DNA of 64,000 bases. Origin: Macrostomum lignano (Eukaryota). The position numbers and the translations under genes were made by a program. The notes under the pieces are model-generated. The model did no database searches. It saw only the letters and a list, made by a program, of their open reading frames with translations, and had not been told where the DNA came from. Positions within the stretch are counted from its first letter, which is position 1. Each line of letters starts with the position of its first letter. Shown here piece by piece: positions 23,501-37,000 of the stretch. The stretch is taken from the NCBI GenBank assembly GCA_002269645.1, contig NIVC01003480.1:1-64000 (forward strand), written 5' to 3'.

Positions 23501-24244
23501 GTTTATTCAACAAAAAATATGGCTTCACAAAACATTCATTTTTTTTAAGAAAACAGTTGACACAATAAAATGCGTAAATAACGATAGACTGACACCTGAC
23601 ACTATAAAATCTTTTTGATCAAGTTAGTCACTTCCATTTCAAAGTTTTTAATACTTTTACTGCATGGATCGATGGATGGATACTATCGAATGTTTTTAGA
23701 TAGGTTTTTGATGTTCAATTATTCTGATTCTGAAATATATGACAGAATGACAGTATTTCACTTTTGGCGAATTGACTTGCTACCAATTTGTAGCATTGGC
23801 CCTGACAACTGTGCTCGATATAAAATGATAAGAACCTTTGTCGAAGGTGGAACATTCAGTCGTGCTAATGTGGTTTTTCGTACTGATCAGCTGGCCCATT
23901 GAGTTAGTCGCTTAAAAAAATCTGTTCCAATGTAACTCGTTGCAAGTGTTTCATTTTGTTGCTCTGAAGTGACCAGAGCACCACCAAGGGGCCTTTTCAT
24001 ATTGCTTGTTCTGGTTCCAGAACCAGAACCAATTTGTGAAGTATAACTTTTTGTCTCCATAACTAGAGGGAGATACGTGCTATAAAGTTTTTATTATTGA
24101 ATGACAATCGCCAAGAAGAAAGTGAAAAATGGTGCTAAGGGAGCTTGTTAAGGCAGTCAAACATTCAACAGAATTAAATAGTTATACTGCTGTTTTTCTT
24201 GGAAGATCCGAACCGATTCTGATTCTGGAATTGGTTATATGAAA

Positions 24245-25243
24245 GGCACTGCTTATCCCCACGGTACCGTAGGAATAATTTCTGTCTTATTCCAACGGTA
24301 CCGTGCGAATAATTTTCTGCTTATCCGCACGGCACACTGAGGAGATAGCTGCCCTATCTTCTACATATGCCGTGCGAATAATTTTCTGCTTATCCGCACG
24401 GCACACTGACAAGATAGCTGCCCATCTTCTACATATGCCGTGCGAATAATTTTCTGCTTGTCCGCAATATGAATATGAATCATGCGAATTCACATCAAGG
24501 ACGACTTAAGCAGAAGGACGGGAAACCTCGTTTCTTAGAAAAGTTTTGAAGGCACGAGGTTTCCCGTCCTTCTACTTAAGTCGTCCTTGATTCACATGAG
24601 TAGTAAAATTCTACGGAAGCGGCAATGGACTATATAAATCACGGCGAGATCAGATTAGACTTTGCTAAAAATTTAAATAATAAACAATTCTTAGAGTTAA
24701 TTTAATTTAAATCATTTGTTACTACACAAAAAAATTCTTTCTCATAGAAAAAATCTTTATTTCTTTAGAACAAATGTTCAAGCCAAGTTATGTTGTTATA
24801 CTGCACTTAAATCGTATGTACTAAACTTGCCACAACACGGCATATGTAGAAGATAGGGCAGCTATCTCGTCAGTGTGCCGTGCGGATAAGCAGAAAATTA
24901 TTCGCACGGCATATGTAGAAGATAGGGCAGCTATCTCGTCAGTGTGCCGTGCGGATAAGCAGAAAATTATTCGCACGGCATATGTAGAAGATAGGGCAGC
25001 TATATCTCGTCAGTGTGCCGTGCGGATAAGCAGAAAATTATTCGCACGGCATATGTAGAAGATAGGGCAGCTATCTCGTCAGTGTGCCGTGCGGATAAGC
25101 AGAAAATTATTCGCACGGCATATGTAGAAGATAGGGCAGCTATCTCCTCAGTGTGCCGTGCGGATAAGCAGAAAATTATTCGCACGGTACCGTTGGAATA
25201 AGACAGAAATTATTCCTACGGTACCGTGGGGATAAGCACTGCC
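24245..25243. mobile_element. Foldback/MULE-like element with long TIRs built from about 70-bp tandem repeats
   Basis: GGCACTGCTTATCCCCACGGTACCG... mirrored at ...CGGTACCGTGGGGATAAGCACTGCC; exact 9-bp TSD TATATGAAA (24236-24244, 25244-25252); about 2.5 units on the left and about 5 on the right. Confidence 0.85.
24494..24591. mobile_element. 98-bp hairpin mini-MITE nested in the foldback element
   Basis: 37-bp near-perfect inverted arms ATCAAGGACGACTTAAGCAGAAGGACGGGAAACCTCG; TCAC direct repeat on both sides. Confidence 0.65.
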
Positions 25244-25311
25244 TATATGAAAAGCCTCAAGGATTACTTACGTAAAGATGGTAACTACGTTTCTTGGAAA
25301 TTTTAAGAAGG

Positions 25312-25568
25312 GGCCTTTTCATATTGCTTGCTCTGGTTCTAGAACCAGAACCAATTTGTGAAGTATAACTTTTTGTCTCCATAACTAGAGGGAGATACGT
25401 GCTATAAAGTTTTTATTATTGAATGACAATCGCCAAGAAAAAAGTGAAAATTGTGCTAAGTTAGGTTGTTAAGGCAGTCAAATATTAACAGAGTTTAATT
25501 GTTATACTGCTGTTTTTCTTGGAATTCCGAACCGATTCTGGTTCTGGAATTTGTAATATGAAAAGGCC
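25312..25568. mobile_element. About 255-bp MITE, copy 2 (intact)
   Basis: TIR GGCCTTTTCATATTGC / GTAATATGAAAAGGCC; direct copy of 23990-24244. Confidence 0.8.
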
Positions 25569-26155
25569 CAAGGTAGGTTTTACAAGAGAAATTAAGAATA
25601 CATAAGGAATATAGGCTACGACTTTTTCATTTTTCAGCACAAAAATTGTTATTGCCTTCGATAGAGGGAAGACCCAATGTTATCTTTTGATATGTCTTGC
25701 CTTTATTTATACAGCCTGCTCCAGCTCTAGTATAGGCCTAGTAGGCTTAGACAATATGAGGTCGTACTATTAAGTTGTAGCCCCCCTAGCGTAAGTTCAA
25801 TCATATGTTGGAACTTTTACAATGTGGAGATAGGAGCTAAGAATGACCTTATCTTACAATGGCTTTACAGAACAAACCCTATAGGCCTAGGCTATATATA
25901 GCTCTATTGATTGATATTCATGGCTAGGCCTACAGATTATAAAGGCAATAGGCAAAAGGTGATAGGCATTTATAAGCTTATAAATGTTTATAAAATTAGG
26001 ATTGTATTATCTATGTATGTTTAATTTTATATCCTATGTATATATCATTTATGCTTAACAGTGGCAGATTTAGGGGGAGGTGCACAGGGTGCCCCCTGTC
26101 AATGCCAATGTCAAGTATTGAAAATGCAGTGTGGAAGCATAGCACCAGACTTGAT

Positions 26156-26830
26156 TTAGATTGTGTAACCATATTGTTAACTGATACTGACTGACTGAGA
26201 AATTGATTATGTCATAACTGCCTCGTGTGATTTACTCTATGCTTAGAGTTTTGAAACTGTTGAATTATATATATAAATATGCTAAAATTCAATTCATGTT
26301 ATGTAAACAAGAGCTAGCCTAGAGATAAACAGACTGAACTGTTAAATGCAGGGACAATGGTTCAAATTTTTAGAAAGTAGAGTTTTTTTAATTAAAGCTT
26401 TTGTAACTTGTAAACTGTGTAATGGGTGCTGTTGTAAACTGTCTAATAGGTGCTGTTGTAAACTGTCTAATGGGTGCTGTAAACTGTTGTAAACTGTCTA
26501 GGCCTAATTGTCTTAGATTGTGTAACCATATTGTTAACTGATACTGACTGACTGAGAAATTGATTATGTCATAACTGCCTCGTGTGATTTACTCTATGCT
26601 TAGAGTTTTGAAACTGTTGAATTATATATATATATAAGTGCTAAAATTCATGTTATGTAAACAAGAGCTAGCCTAGAGGTAAACAGACTGAACTGTTAAA
26701 TGCAGGGACAATGGTTCGAATTTTTAGAAAGTAGAGTTTTTTTAATTAAAGCTTTTGTAACTTGTAAACTGTATAATGGATGCTGTTGTAAACTGTCTAA
26801 TAGGTGCTGTTGTAAACTGTATAATGGGTG
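26156..26830. repeat. About 358-bp tandem duplication
   Basis: TTAGATTGTGTAACCATATTG starts at 26156 and again at 26514, with a near-identical continuation. Confidence 0.85.
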
Positions 26831-27335
26831 CTGTTGTACCTGTCTAGCAGGAGCTATTGTAACTGTCTAATGGGTGCTATTGTAACTGTCTAATAGGTGC
26901 TATTGTAAACTGTCTAATGGGTACTATTGTAACTGTCTAATGGGTGCTGTTGTAACTGTCTAACGGATGTTGTTGTAAACTGTCTAATGGGTGCTGCTAT
27001 AAACTGTTTAACAGTTGCTGTTGTAAACTTTTTAATGGGTGTTGTTGTAAACTGTCTAATGGTTGCTATTGTAAACTTTTTAAGGGAAGCTGTTGTAAAC
27101 TGTTTAATGGGTGCTGTTGTAAACTGCTTAATGGGTGCTATTGTAAACTGCCTCACGAGTGCTGTTGTAAACTGTCTAATGGGTGCTGCTGTAAACTGTG
27201 CTGTCTAACAGGTGCTGTTGTAAACTGCCTAACATATGCTGCTGTAAACTGTCTAACGGGTGCTGTTGTAAACTTTTTAACAGGTGCTGTCTGTTGTAAA
27301 CTGCCTAACAGGTGCTGTTGTAAACTGCCTAATGG
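26770..27335. repeat. Degenerate 23-24-bp minisatellite (GTAAACTGTCTAATGGGTGCTGTT)
   Basis: More than 20 tandem units. Confidence 0.88.
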
Positions 27336-27557
27336 CAGACGTTACAATCTACCATACCGATAGTGTTTTTGTTTGGACCTGTGGAGCTGGTAAAATTGCT
27401 ACCTGCCTTTTAGCAGGTTGTCTCTGCTTCATGTGACTGTTTTCTAAAGGGCTGTCTCTGGTTGATCTTTCTGTCTTCTCACGTGTTGTCAAAGATAAAG
27501 AAAAGTGCTTGCTTGAAAAACTGTTTGGGACCCGCAAAGTGGGTCAACCTGCTAGTC

Positions 27558-27731
27558 CATACATGTGCAACTTTGGAAATCACCCGGCCGTTTCTATTGG
27601 CAACACACACATGTAAGTCGCTATTGGCTAAGAGCAGTCACGTGACTACTATTCCGTCCAATAGCGACTTACATGTGTGTGTGTTGCCAATAGAAATGGC
27701 CGAGTGAATCCCAAGGTTGCGCCCAAGCATG
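27558..27731. mobile_element. hAT-type MITE, same TIR family as 16353-16647 but with a different palindromic interior
   Basis: Left TIR CATACATGTGCAAC intact, right TIR degenerate; exact 8-bp TSD TGCTAGTC (27550-27557, 27732-27739); interior is an about 60-bp inverted repeat containing TGTAAGTCGC. Confidence 0.75.
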
Positions 27732-29459
27732 TGCTAGTCCATTTACTAAAAAGTCTGTTGGTATCTATCTAGGTATGCAATCAATTTTACAGATAAAATG
27801 GCTCAACCAATTTTGTTCAAACTTACACCATTCGATCAGAAATTTTCCATCATTCAGCTAAGAATGAGCATCTCCTTAATGGCTTGAGTCCTTATAGTCT
27901 TTGAGTGCCATAGTCCAAATCATGCTAGGTACATATTCAACTCAAACAAAAAATGAACACTCAAATTTAGGCCAGTGTTGCAATAATAAATGACCTTTTT
28001 TGTGTTGCAACAGTAAATGACCTTTTTACATTGCATAAATGACCTTTTTGGCTAATAACTTGGTTTATTATTTTCTTTTTTTGCCTATACTATTTACAAT
28101 GGAAAATTCATACACATAAACATTTGTTTAAAAGCCTTATTACAAGCTCAAAAACTAGAAAGCTTGAAATTTACACTTTTAAAAATGAACTTTTCAATAT
28201 TTTTCAGACTTTTTTCCACTTAGGCCTAGCATCAATCTTCCACGTGATTTCATAAAGTGCATGCCAGGTGTGCACACACACTTATCTTTTTAAGAGTAAT
28301 GCATGCCAACTATGCATGCCTAACTTTTGGTATGCAAGGCCAATGCATGCCCAAAAATTTATGCATATACTATATGATCCAGAGTATGGCTTGAGTGGTC
28401 CTTGGCCTTGAGTACTAGTACTAGACTAGTATACTATTTGTTATGTTGAAAAGACCAAGCATTATACAGACTAGAAAAATGGAGGCTATCCTATAGAATC
28501 ATTTGGTAAATTCTTTTTTGCTTGAATTTGATTCCTTTCTGTTTTTGGAGTCCAAAAATATGAAACAAGTGAATGAATTAATATTTTTACATGTATTAAT
28601 AGCTAAATTGTTTGTTATAAATAATGCCATATCACAACATGAAGGTAGTACTTTAATGTTAGGTAATGGTGTGACTAGGTAATTTTATCTGGGACATATC
28701 TCAACAACATTCAAATTTGTATGCCAATATACCAGGAATTTTTAAACATACATGTGCAACTTCTAAAATTTGGTCAGCCTAAGTAGCAAGACCAATGTTA
28801 TGCTCTACATAATGGCACACTTGATATGGCTTTCTGAATTGCACTATGTGGAGGATAACATTGACTAGCTAGCCATGTCATCTAGTTGGAGGCCTATTAC
28901 TTTGAGCTGCTATGCAAAATGCTATTGCTTAAGCTGCAAGAACTACACAGGCAAGGTCAAAGGCAAATGGTGAGGTATCTTGACAAATTTTACACTTTTG
29001 CTAGGTCTATTTGCTATAATATTATTCTATCTTATATAAAGTTATAGTTTATTTTGAGGCATTTATATTGTTTATTTTTTTGCTTACTACAAAGCAATTA
29101 TAATAGTGTATTGCAATTATCTAGTAGTAGTCTATTAGTATTTCTTTCATTTAAATATGTGGTCTATTATTCTTCTTCTTTAAATTTAGTCATACTTTCA
29201 AAGAAGCTATTTTGGGAGAAATTGTTATATAAAAGTTCCTATGTAGTTAGTCATATGCCATATGCACAGTGTATTTGAAGTATAATCGGGAGCCTACCAA
29301 TAGTTTTGGCAATAATATTGTATATTTAGTGCCACAATGCTATAGCACAAGAATTTATTAGGCCTTATCTAGTTTAATAACTCTAAACATTTAGCTATCA
29401 CTAAGATATATGAGATAGGCCTACCATTTTGCTACAACAACAGAATACAGTTAGAGTCA

Positions 29460-30390
29460 TAGTGTGCGCCTCAAGGCCAGGTCGCGAATGAACGCCACGC
29501 CGATGGCGTCAGCCAGCAGGCAGTCAACGAAACGCCAAATGCGCGCCTGCCCCGCCGGCAGGGTGCCTGCAGCATTAGCAGCAGCACCTGCACCGGCTCT
29601 GGGCAGTACAACTCGGCGCGGATGATGTGGCCTGCCAGCTGGAGTCGCCGACGGCGCAACAAGTTGCTTGGGCGGACCAGGCCGGCGCGCCGATACAAAG
29701 CCGCGTTGGTCACTTGCTCGTAGCCGATCTTAAAGCTGGCGCGCAGCAGGCCAGAGTGCGCCGCGTCAACTTGTTGCTCGAGCGACTCCGTCAGCGTCCA
29801 GGTCTCGTTGTACAGCAGGATGGTCTCGATCACCGCCTGGAACAACGCCGCCCTCTGGCGGTCAGGTAAGGCCTCGGACTGCAGGACTGCCCTCACAGAA
29901 CAAAAGGCAGCCCAGGCAAGCCCACGGCGACGTCGCAAATCCTCGCGGACGCCGGGAACCAGACCGCCGAAGTAGACGAACTGCTGACAACGCGGAAGCT
30001 CTGTCGCCTGTCCATCAGCACCTCGGCACAAAAACGCAGCCTCGATGTCGTCCGGCACGCAGAGCACGACGGTCCTCCGCGTGTTGACCACCAGGCCGGC
30101 ACTCGCCGCAACAGCAACTAGCTTGTCCAGTTGTCGCTGGGCGCCCTCGACAGTTGTGGACAGAAGGGCGAGATCGTCAGCGTAGCCAAGCACGCTGAGC
30201 CGCCTCTCCGGTTGACGTCGACCCACGCGTCGCCGCAACAGAAAGCCATCGTCGTTGGTAGGAAGAGCGGTCCGCAGCACCCAGTCAAGCACCAGAACGA
30301 ACAGGAACGGCGCAAGCGTATCTCTCTGAAGCACCCCGGAGGATGTCTCAAAGAAGAAGTCCGATAGGCCGTCCGGTCTTGAGGTCCTGG
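29460..30390 (-). mobile_element. RTE-clade non-LTR retrotransposon fragment (5'-truncated reverse transcriptase C-terminal half)
   Basis: SGVLQRDTLAPFLFVLVLDW (QGDxL motif mutated), LGYADDLALL, FVYFGG (FxYLG), VIETILLYNETW, RRRRLQLAGHI are typical of RTE ORFs. Confidence 0.88.
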
Positions 30391-31007
30391 AGGTCCAGAC
30401 TTAAGGGGTCCATTCTGCTAACAATACTGTATCTTTCTTTCCCCTGGTCTGTCTATCTATTGGACCTCCTTTTAGTCCATTGTGTACATGGTTTAGATAT
30501 GATCCAACCTCCTAAATGTAATATATAGAGTAAAAAAGCTGGTATTCACAATATTTGGGACTATAGAAGATTGGTATCTTGTTAAGTTATTTTTCATTTA
30601 AAGCATCAGTGGGACTCTTGAAATTTCACGACTTCAATTAATTGTCAAATTTAAATAACCTTTAAATGAGTCTATAGACTTTTGCCAGCTTATCTAAGAT
30701 ATTTTCTCTAGGGGTATATTGATGCTTTATTTGGCTTTGAAATTTTTGACTGATAACACTATAACAGCTGGTATCTTGGTTTTGAATGGGGCATCCTAAA
30801 TTTACCTGTCTAAGATCTTGATGGCACTGCAATTCTATAATGCTTAAGAAGTAGGTCCTGTAGGTAATATTTACAGTAGCAAATGCAAGAAATTATAAGC
30901 ATAGGTGCTATATATATAGAATTAACTTAGGCTTCTTCTAATTCTTTGGCACATGAAAAAAGTATTAAATTCTTCATCTGTATTCTCTATTGTGCACTGC
31001 TGCCACC

Positions 31008-34000
31008 ATGCAGTTCTGTCCCAATGACACCATTGGGCTGGCACCATTTGTCAGCAAAGGCATTGGTCGTTGTTTCTATGACACTGTCACCTCCTCTGCT
31101 ATGCTAGGCCTTGCTGTCCTATTTGGCGCCTGTCAGCTAGTGTTCTACCGTCGCTATGGCAACCGGATTGAGTCTAATCGAGTCAACAGGTCCTGCTCAG
31201 CTGGATTGCAGTATTTCATGCCAATCGCCATGGTGCTGCTGTGCATAGCCCGGTGCATCTGTCAGCTGCAGTACTCGCCTCCGCTGCACGGCTACCAGGT
31301 ATACTACCTGTGCGCCAACTCTCTAGCCTGGCTTCTGAGCTTTGTCTTACTGTGGACCGAGGCACACTGCCTGCTGCCCAGCGTGCCAACTCGGGGTCAC
31401 GGAGCTATCCTACTGCTCATGTGGACTCAAGCTCTAGCCTGGGAACTGCTCAGCCTGCTATCCTGCCGTAGTCCGCAGTGGTGGTTCCGTCTGGTTAAGC
31501 CTGCTGACCAACCCGAGCTGTTGCTATGGGCCGCTCGCCTATTTGCCACCCTGCTAGCCTTCGGTCTGGGCCTGCGAGGCCGCGCCGCCGATATCCGGTA
31601 TGGGCCGGCGCCCGAGGCCGAGGACCAGACGGGGTTCCTTGGCAGGCAGCGCCGGCGCCAGCAGCAGCAACAGTCGGCCTGGTTCGGCCTTGGCCACAAG
31701 CTTCGCCTTATGCTGCCATACGTTTGGCCGAGTAGTTCGCCTTTGCTTCAATTGCGCGTCGTCGCTTGCGTCCTGCTGCTTGCCTGCGGCCGGGTTATTA
31801 ACCTGCTGGTTCCTATCTACTCCAAGTATATTGGTGCGGTTTGTTTCTCGGTTTTGCTGCGATTGTGGGCATGTGGACATTTTGGGGTCATATTTGTGTT
31901 TGAGTAGGGTCATGTTTGTGTTTGAGTAGGGTCATGTTTGTGTTCTAGTAGGGTCATGTTTGTGTTTGAGTAGGGTCATGTTTGTGTTTGAGTAGGGTCA
32001 TGTTTGTGTTTGAGTAGGGTCATGTTTGTGTTTGAGTAGGGTCATGTTTGTGTTTGAGTAGGGTCATGTTTTTGTTTGAGTAGGGCCATATTTGTGTTTG
32101 AGTAGGGTCATGTTTGTGTTTGAGTAGGGTTATGTTTGTGTTTGAGTAGGGTCATGTTTGTGTTTGAGTAGGGTCATGTTTGTGTTTGAGTAGGGTCATG
32201 TTTGTGTTTGAGTAGGGTCATGTTTGTGTTTGAGTAGGGTCATGTTTGTGTTTGAGTAGGGTCATGTTTTTGTTTGAGTAGGATCATGTTTTTGTTTGAG
32301 TAGGGTTATGTTTGTGTTTGAGTAGGGTCATGTTTGTGTTTGAGTAGGGTCATGTTTGTGTTTGAGTAGGGTCATGTTTGTGTTTGAGTAGGGTCATGTT
32401 TGTGTTTGAGTAGGGTCATGTTTGTGTTTGAGTAGGGTCATGTTTGTGTTTGAGTAGGGTCATGTTTGTGTTTGAGTAGGGTCATGTTTGTGTTTGAGTA
32501 GGGTCATGTTTGTGTTTGAGTAGGGTCATGTTTTTGTTTGAGTAGGATCATGTTTTTGTTTGTGTAGGGTCATGTTTGTGTTTGAGTAGGGTCATGTTTT
32601 TGTTTGAGTAGGGTCATGTTTGTGTTTGAGTAGGGTCATGTTTTTGTTTGAGTAGGGCCATATTTGTGTTTGAGTAGAATTATAATTGCCTTTGTAACGT
32701 ACAGTAGGACTATTGGGACCCTATCTGTATTGTAATGGGACTATCGGGACCCCTATCTGGACTGTAGTGGGACTATCGGGACCCATATCTGTATTGTAAT
32801 GGGACTATCGGGACCCCTATCTGGACTGTAGTGGGACTATCGGGACCCATATCTGGACTGCAGTGGGACTATCGGGATCCATATCTGGACTGCAGTGGGA
32901 CTATCGGTACCTATCTGGTCTGTAGTGGGAGTCTTTGGGACTATCGGGACCCCTATCTGGACTGTAGTGGGACTATCGGGACCCATATCTGGACTGCAGT
33001 GGGACTATCGGGATCCATATCTGGACTGCAGTGGGACTATCGGTACCTATCTGGTCTGTAGTGGGAGTCTTTGGGACTATCGGGACCCCTATCTGGACTG
33101 TAGTGAGACTATGGGGACCCCTATCTAGTCTGTAGTGGGAGTCTGTGGGACTATTGGGACCCCTATCCGCACTGTAATGGGACTATCGGACCCATATCTG
33201 GACTGTAGTGAGACTATGGGGACCCCTATCTAGTCTGTAGTGGGAGTCTGTGGGACTATTGGGACCCCTATCCGCACTGTAATGGGACTATCGGACCCAT
33301 ATCTGGACTGTAGTGGGACTATGGGGACCCCTATCTGGTCTGTAGTGGGAGTCTGTGGGACTATCGGGACCCCTATCTGGACTGCACTGGGACTATTAGC
33401 ACTACAAGTCTCACTGTTGCGAGACTGTACGGGACCAAAAACTGTTTACTATTCGGACGAATCAATTGGGTTTTACTTATCATGCTACTTTCAGTAGAAT
33501 TCAAGATATTTCAATTGTAAAAGACTTAGAAATAAAAGTGCACGCACTTCCAGTGGACTCGCTGACCCCGGGCGCAGCCAACGGCGCCGCCAACTCGAGC
33601 AGCCTGGCACAGCGATCGGCGCCATTCTACATTCTCCGACTGAAGTCCGAGCCGCCGCCGACCCCGTCGCCGAGAGGAGGGTCGACAGTGATGCTGGAAT
33701 TCCGCTGGGATCTCATATTGATATTTGTGGCGCTGAAAACCCTGCAAGGCATTGGCACTGGCAGCTCCGGTCTCATTGGCGTTGTACGATTCTATCTGTG
33801 GATCCGGGTGGACCAGTTCACTATGCGGGAGGCTTCGCTCAAGCTCTTTAATCACTTGCACCTGTAAGTTGGTTGCCCTGATGATTCGCATCCTAAAGTT
33901 CACTGCGAGAATCGTCTGGACCTTAAGTCCTTAAACTCCTTGAAAAGTCATATTTAGACTGCGAGAATTGTCCATAAGCTTTTATAATCGTCAAATCGTC

Positions 34001-37000
34001 GTAATTGTTACTATTACTAAGAGATGAAAATTGTTACTAAGCCATGAGAATTGTCTCTAGGCCATGAGAATCGTTCTTCAAGCCATTAGTTAGAATCGGC
34101 CCTAAGCCATTAAAATTGTCCCTAGATCATGAGGATGGTGTCTATACCATGAGAATTTTCTCTAGGCTACGAGAATCGCCCATAAAGCCATGAGAATTTT
34201 CTCTAGGCTACGAGAATCGCCCATAAAGCCATGAGAATTTTCTCTAGGCTACGAGAATCGCCCATAAAGCCATGAGAATTTTTTCTAGGCTACGAGTATC
34301 GCCCATAAAGTCATGAGAATTGTCTCTAGGCTACGAGAATCGCCCATGAAGCCATGAGAATTTTCTCTGGGCTACGAGAATCGCCCATAAAGCCATGAGA
34401 ATTTTCTCTGGGCTACGAGAATCGCCCATAAAGCCATGAGAATTTTCTCTGGGCTACGAGAATCGCCCATAAAGCCATGAGAATTTTCTCTAGGCTTTTA
34501 GAACCGCCCATAAAGCCATGAGAATCTTCTCTAGGCTACGAGAATCGCCCATAAAGCCATGAGAATTTTCTCTAGGCTACGAGAATCGCCCATAAAGCCA
34601 TGTGAAATTTATCTAGACTACGAGAATCGCCCATAAAGCCATGAGAATTTTCTCTGGGCTACGAGAATCGCCCATAAAGCCATGAGTATTTCTCTAAACC
34701 GTCCGAGAACAGTCTCAAAGCCCATTAAGATTTGTATTAGATTATCTTGTCAAATTCTTCTAATCTGTCCCCATGCAGACTGTCGCTCCGTTGGCACCTG
34801 TCCAAGAAAACCGGAGAAGTATTGCGCATAGTCGATCGCGGCGTAAACTCCATCAACCAGCTGCTCAGCTATATTCTATTCAACATTGCGCCTACTCTAT
34901 TCGACATTAGCATCGGCATTGTGTACCTCACTAGCTGGTTTAACGCCTGGTTCGGCATCATGGTATTCGCCACCATGGCCCTGTTCCTGTACCTGTCCAT
35001 TGTCATCACCGAATGGCGCACAAAGTTCAGGCGCCGAATGAACGCGCTGGATAATGAGCGGAACGCTCGCGCGGTTGATTCACTGCTCAACTTTGAGACT
35101 GTCAAATATTACGCTGCCGAGGGATACGAGACCGAGCGATTCCGCAAGGCTACGGTGGACTATCAGGTCCTATCATTGCTTACCACACTTTCATTATCCA
35201 TAGGCGCTATCCTACATTGTTTAGGGGGCAGAGTAGCCTCCCTGGGTTCGATTTCCACATTCATTTGGGGCTTGTATGTGCAAGAAAATTGGCCCTATGG
35301 GTTGTCGTGCGTTGTTTAGTGGTCCTTGTATCTGTCTACCTTTGCCTAAACTCAATTTCTTCCAATAACCTACCACAATCTACTTATTGTTAACGCGCCA
35401 AAATCTCACTCGACCACTATATTCAGGAGGCCGACTACATCAGCAGTCAGACGCTGAATCTGTTAAACAGCGTGCAAAACTTCATTATCAACATCGGCTT
35501 CACAGGCGGGGCCCTGCTATGCGCCTATTATATTGTCCAACGGGCCAATGGAAATCCGGAGGTGCCGGCGCTTACAGTTGGCGACTATGTACTGTTCAGC
35601 ACCTACATAATGCAGCTGTACGTGCCGTTGAATTGGTTCGCCACCTACTATAGAATGATTCAGCAACAGTTTATCGATATGGAGAATATGTTTGAACTGC
35701 TAGACACTAAGGCAGAAGTTGCCGATCACCCAGACGCCGTGGATTTGAACTTAGGCGAAGCCACGGTGAGCAGCTTGCCGTTCTCGTGGATCTGGGATTT
35801 AAAGTTTGAGAAAACTTTCTGTTCCTTCAGTGTGTTCCCCTCTGCCTGCTTCCTGATCCTTCAGTGTGTTCCCCTCTGCCTGCTTCCTGATCCTTCAGTG
35901 TGTTCCCCTCTGCCTGCTTCCTGATCCTTCAGTGTGTTCCCCTCTGCCTGCTTCCTGATCCTTCAGTGTGTTGCCCTCTGCCTGCTTCCTGATCCTTCAG
36001 TGTGTTCCCCTCTGCCTGCTTCCTGATCCTTCAGTGTGTTCCCCTCTGCCTGCTTCCTGATCCTTCAGTGTGTTCCCCTCTGCCTGCTTCCTGATCCTTC
36101 AGTGCTTTCCTGATCCTTCAGTGTGTTTCCCTCTTGTCTGCTTCCTGTAAACCCCCTTTGATCTTTCAACAACCGGTGACCCCCTTTGATCCTTCAACAA
36201 CCGGTGACCCCCTTTGATCCTTCAACAACCGGTGACCCCCTTTGATCCTTCAACAACCGGTGACCCCACTTTTGATCCTCCAACAACCGGTGACCCCCAC
36301 CACTGCTCCAGGTGGAATTCCGGGACGTGAGCTTTCACTACGAGCCGGCCAAGCCGGTGCTGAAATCCGTGACCTTCACAGTGGAGCCGGGCCAGACCGT
36401 GGCTCTGGTCGGCCAGTCAGGCGCTGGCAAATCGTCAATCCTTCGCCTGCTGTTCCGATTCTACGATGTGCAATCCGGCCAGATTCTCATCGACGGCAAA
36501 GATATTCGCCGTGTGACTCAGAACAGTCTCAGACAGGCGATCGGGGTTGTGCCGCAGGACACGGCGCTGTTCAATGCCGATATTCGCTATAATATTCGAT
36601 ACGGGAGGCCCGACGCTAGCGATGCCGAGGTTTGTACTTTTATTTTATTTATTATATCATTATTTCTTGACAGAAACTACATACTGACTTAAACTACTCG
36701 TAGCCAACTGAAGGCCAACACCCATCAAGACAGTCTGGGCTGCTGTACACCATGTGTTGAGTATGCGGAATGGGCATGACTGCCTCCTGTCTCCTCGCTG
36801 ACTGCGGCTAACCCTTATAGGACTTCATCCACCCTTATTGGATTAAAGCTACACTATTTAGCCGAAGCTACCCATTATGACAATGTAACTATCTATCATC
36901 TACACGAAACTGCTAATAATCTGCTAGAAACTGCCTATCTACCCAAACTACCCATCATCTATCCAAACTGCCAATCCATCCAAAACTACCCATTATCTAC

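Larger units (their letters stand above)
23990..25257. mobile_element. About 255-bp MITE (GGCCTTTTCATAT...ATATGAAAAGGCC), copy 1, split near its right end by the foldback element
   Basis: 23990-24244 is nearly identical to 25312-25560; its last bases resume after 25243. Confidence 0.75.
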
